DNA of 38,007 nt from Octopus bimaculoides (taxonomy: Eukaryota): assembly GCF_001194135.2 (NCBI RefSeq), contig NC_068994.1, positions 8,876,205 to 8,914,211 on the forward strand, written 5' to 3'. Position 1 is the first letter of the stretch, and each line of letters opens with the position of its first letter. The position numbers and the translations under genes were made by a program. The notes below the pieces were generated by a model. The model saw only the letters and a list, made by a program, of their open reading frames with translations. It was not told the origin of the DNA and searched no databases. Shown piece by piece: positions 34,655 to 38,007 of the stretch.

Positions 34655-34692
34655 GGAGGCGCAATAGCCCAGTGGTTAGGGCAGCGGACTCC
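34655..34692 (+). mobile_element. Truncated tRNA-like SINE head (family D-like)
   Basis: ggaggcgcaatagcccagtggttagggcagcggactcc has an A-box-like TAGCCCAGTGG and no B box. Confidence 0.55.
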
Positions 34693-37522
34693 ATTTTTGC
34701 GTATGAAGAAAGAGATGTACTATCCTTGCCTCACACTATCTCTCTCCCACACCCTTCAATTAATAAATTGTAATATTTCTCCCTCCCACTCTCTCCTCCA
34801 CACTCTCTTCCCTTCTCTCTGTCACTATCTCTACCTGATTGTGTATGTTTCTGCACGCTCACCTGTATGTGCCTCTTGTACCAAGAGGTACAGTCACGAA
34901 AACAAGTTCAATATCGAGTTAGACATGTCAAATCAGCAGCGTCGAAGCAGCTGCACCCAATTGTCTCATTCTATCCTATCCTGCCTCAATTGTTTTAAAA
35001 AATAATTCCTTACATTACCATTATATTAGGATGAAATCGGAATTCCTGACTGTGATCAATTGTATATTCATAACTGTGATGTTATTTTTGGCATTGAGCT
35101 CATATTTCTAATATTAGACTGTCTCTTCGCTGGCGGTAATATTTTTCTTAATTTTTGTATCATATGTCTTATCAGTTTTGTCTGCTCCAAAGGACCTTGT
35201 CTTAGTTATTCTGCAAGATTTCTATTCATTATCAGAATTTAAACTCATATTTTTCACAAAGAATTTGCATCGTTTTCGGTGTATCTCCGGCACATCTCTC
35301 TATTCCTGTATTCATGTTAATATCACAGATCCATGGTCGTTCAGTTTAATTGGTCTTTTTTTTTACTTTTGATATTGTTTGAAATAGTTGAGATACAAGG
35401 AACGGAAGATAATTTACTCATTCTCATCCATAATAATTAGTTGTATGATTGCTAATGGCGTCGGATCTAATCACAAACCTGAAGAAGATAAGGAGTCTAT
35501 ATAACGAAACATTTTGCGTTTGGATATTAAAATTGGTTTTTATCACATCTCTGCGTTCAAGTTTTACATTTTGATGTAGTATAGTATTTATATTTGTCAA
35601 ATATGTGAAAGGATTGCTTTGTGTTAATGTTTCTTACAAGATATGTAGCGTTATGTCTTCAAACGGTATTTTATATATAAAAAATATTGTTAAACTATCG
35701 CGTGTGTTCTGCTGGTGATATTCCATTTCTGTTGTGTTTATGAATAGCCGTTCTTTATGTGCATTAATCAATTTTCAACACACATTCTTTTACCCACATA
35801 ATATCTTATTATTTTCCATATATGCAACGACCATCTTGAATATTACAGATATCAAGTATTTCTATAATTTTCGTAAACATGTCAGATTTTGTTGGGTTTT
35901 TTTTTTCCTTTTTAACAAAATAGTTCACCCACCAGAAACCGAACGGATATTGATTCGTCCGTGTATTAATTCAATAAGCTTTTATTCCTAGTCTAGTTTT
36001 ACCACAAATCCTGGCAATACTGGATAATATACTCTCAAATACATGTTATTTCAGAAAAGCCAAAGTTCATATACGCATAGGTTGAACGTTTCTAGTCATA
36101 CGTAGTTTTGATGAGTATTGGACTCGGAGATAAAAAAAAAAGAACGAAAAGAAGACTAGTATCAAAGATGAAAACCACAAAAGTGGTCACAATGACAACA
36201 ACATCAATGTTTCAAAATCTATGAAGTATTCTTGTCTTTGCGCTGCAGACTTCAAGAATTTCTTACAAATGAAAATACTATGCAAGCGATAGCGTTGCGT
36301 TAATGTAATGCTAGATATAGCTTACAGAAAGGCTGAATAGTCATGGGTGAAATGGCTTTGGCGATAGGTTTTACCCAGCCGAGTTTTGATTTGCAGCTAG
36401 GCCCCAACAACGATAGCGCAACGCCTCCAGTTGTATTGGCCAAGCTCAGCATAAACTTTGCATCGAGATTTTATTTCTTTGATTAAACCAGCACGTGACG
36501 GTGGTTAGGAAACAGTAACAATCCAGCTTACGATAAACCGATCACACAAACAAGTTAATCCTCACCAAGTGGATATCTTATTTAATTATCAGCTATTCAT
36601 GTAAGTCTCTATCATTACGTCTGCGCATTCTTTGATCAAAACTCCATATAGTGTATGAATACACGAATGTAGAAATCTTATTCTTGATGACTTATTTTAC
36701 TTTACATTTTTATTTTACAAGTTCGTCACATCTTCTTTCTCTTCAAAGAGAAAGTTAACACAGTCAATTGAAGTTGTATAATGTTAGGTTGTAGCGAAAA
36801 GAAAGAAGAGGGAGAAAAATAGACAGAATAAGAAAAGAACAGAAAGAAAATTGATGAAAGAAAAATGGCGACACAATGATTGAATTGAAATTTTCCGTAA
36901 GCGAAAGGTTAAGTTCGTCATATGTTTATCGTCTGCATATCACCTTTACCACCCAACAAAGGGTATATTTTTGATTAGCCAGCCAAAGTCATTACATTTC
37001 GAAGAAGACAAAATGTCAATACTTTGTAATTACCAGTAATTCAATCAGTGTGTTAGGCTGGTCCAATTAGTCACGTCCACCTTTACCAGTTGGTTTCATT
37101 ATCATTTTCCATTAAATTGCCTCCTGTTCCGAAGAGAATTTGTTCAGTTTAGTGCCATTATTAACCAGAGATCTCCACTATCTTTCTAGATAAACACTAC
37201 CTTCAGATATAGACTGGAATGTCGGTACCTATGGATATCAAATGTGTAAACAGCATCAGTAAGCTAGCTGATCTACTGTTGAAAATTAACTACAGATTAT
37301 TGACTAAATAACTTTAGAACAGCAGATACTGATATATACGAATATAATGATATACGTCAATGAAACACACAGTGCGTAGGATAAACGTGTATAATATGCC
37401 AGAGGATCGAGGCACAGACTCAAGGTCACTTTATACGGGTGTTTTTGAGTACTATGTTTTAAAAAATGGGTGGTCAAAATCCACTCTATGTAACTGGACA
37501 TACACAAGAATTTTCAAAAATT

Positions 37523-37604
37523 CTATCTATCTATCTATCTATCTATCTAGCTATCTATCTATCTATGTATCTATCTATGAATCCATCTATCTATCTATCT
37601 ATCT
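37523..37604. repeat. (TATC)n microsatellite
   Basis: Read directly from the sequence. Confidence 0.95.
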
Positions 37605-37607
37605 CAA

Positions 37608-37790
37608 AAGCTCTACAGGCACGGTTCTAAATACACGGGACCGACTTGCCCCAGATGGGGTCAGAACGACGAAACCGTTCTGCACGCAGTCGTGCAGTGT
37701 CCAACCATTTGCGATCTGTGAAATAATGCCGAAGGGCTGCTTTCACAATCGTTTACAAGCGGTGCACATCGGCACCATATCTATGTAAAA
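37608..37790 (+). mobile_element. L1/Tx1-like LINE ORF2 fragment (zf-RVT CCHC knuckle)
   Basis: The frame starting at 37608 reads KLYRHGSKYTGPTCPRWGQNDETVLHAVVQCPTICDL*NNAEGLLS. This is CPR[C>W]...ETVLH....CP...LW, the C-terminal zinc knuckle of L1/Tx1 ORF2. Confidence 0.75.
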
Positions 37791-37909
37791 GAGTGTAGCT
37801 TGCTAGCAGTACTGGGAAGCCAAATCTGCGCTGATCGAAGATCAAGCAAGTGCATAGCTGGAAATTAACTTACGGCCATCTATCTCGCACAATCATCTCT
37901 CTTAAAGTT

Positions 37910-37948
37910 ATATCTCTCACTCTCTCTCTGCTCTCTCCTCTCTCTCAC

Positions 37949-38007
<59 letters not shown>
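37910..38007. repeat. (CT)n-like tract followed by (TA)n
   Basis: Read directly from the sequence. Confidence 0.95.

Noticed and set aside
34869-34892. 10-bp hairpin GTGCCTCTTG-TAC-CAAGAGGTAC
   Set aside because: A single short hairpin is expected by chance in 38 kb, and there is no supporting context.
35178-35372. ORF beginning LSAPKDLVLVILQD, similar to the alpha2delta VWA entry 'SPKD.VI..D.SGS'
   Set aside because: It lacks the DxSxS MIDAS motif and runs into AT-rich non-coding-like sequence.
1-38007. CRISPR array, rRNA or prokaryotic operon-like system
   Set aside because: There are no regularly spaced direct repeats with unique spacers, and the sequence is eukaryotic repeat-rich DNA.

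Overview
Eukaryotic, AT-rich, repeat-saturated genomic DNA. The SINE families and microsatellite load point to an octopus (coleoid cephalopod) draft assembly, which is an inference. There are 14 N-gaps (about 6.3 kb), most bounded by microsatellites. No intact protein-coding gene is recognisable, and nearly all long ORFs in the six-frame track are microsatellite or gap artefacts. Supportable content: (1) many copies of three tRNA-headed SINE-like families, labelled here AB, C and D, plus a fourth dispersed repeat E; (2) decayed fragments of four autonomous transposon types: an R4/Dong-like RLE non-LTR element (11.2-11.6 kb), a Penelope-like RT + GIY-YIG element (26.8-27.9 kb), an internally deleted mariner (34.25-34.55 kb, minus) and an L1/Tx1-like zinc-knuckle fragment (37.6-37.8 kb); (3) a degenerate Penelope-type minimal hammerhead ribozyme at 23.80-23.84 kb; (4) a perfect 105-bp inverted repeat flanking a gap; (5) several short + strand exon candidates that may belong to an unidentified gene with long introns. 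I found no clear new biological system. The best leads are the hammerhead/Penelope pairing, the SINE architecture and the micro-exon candidates.
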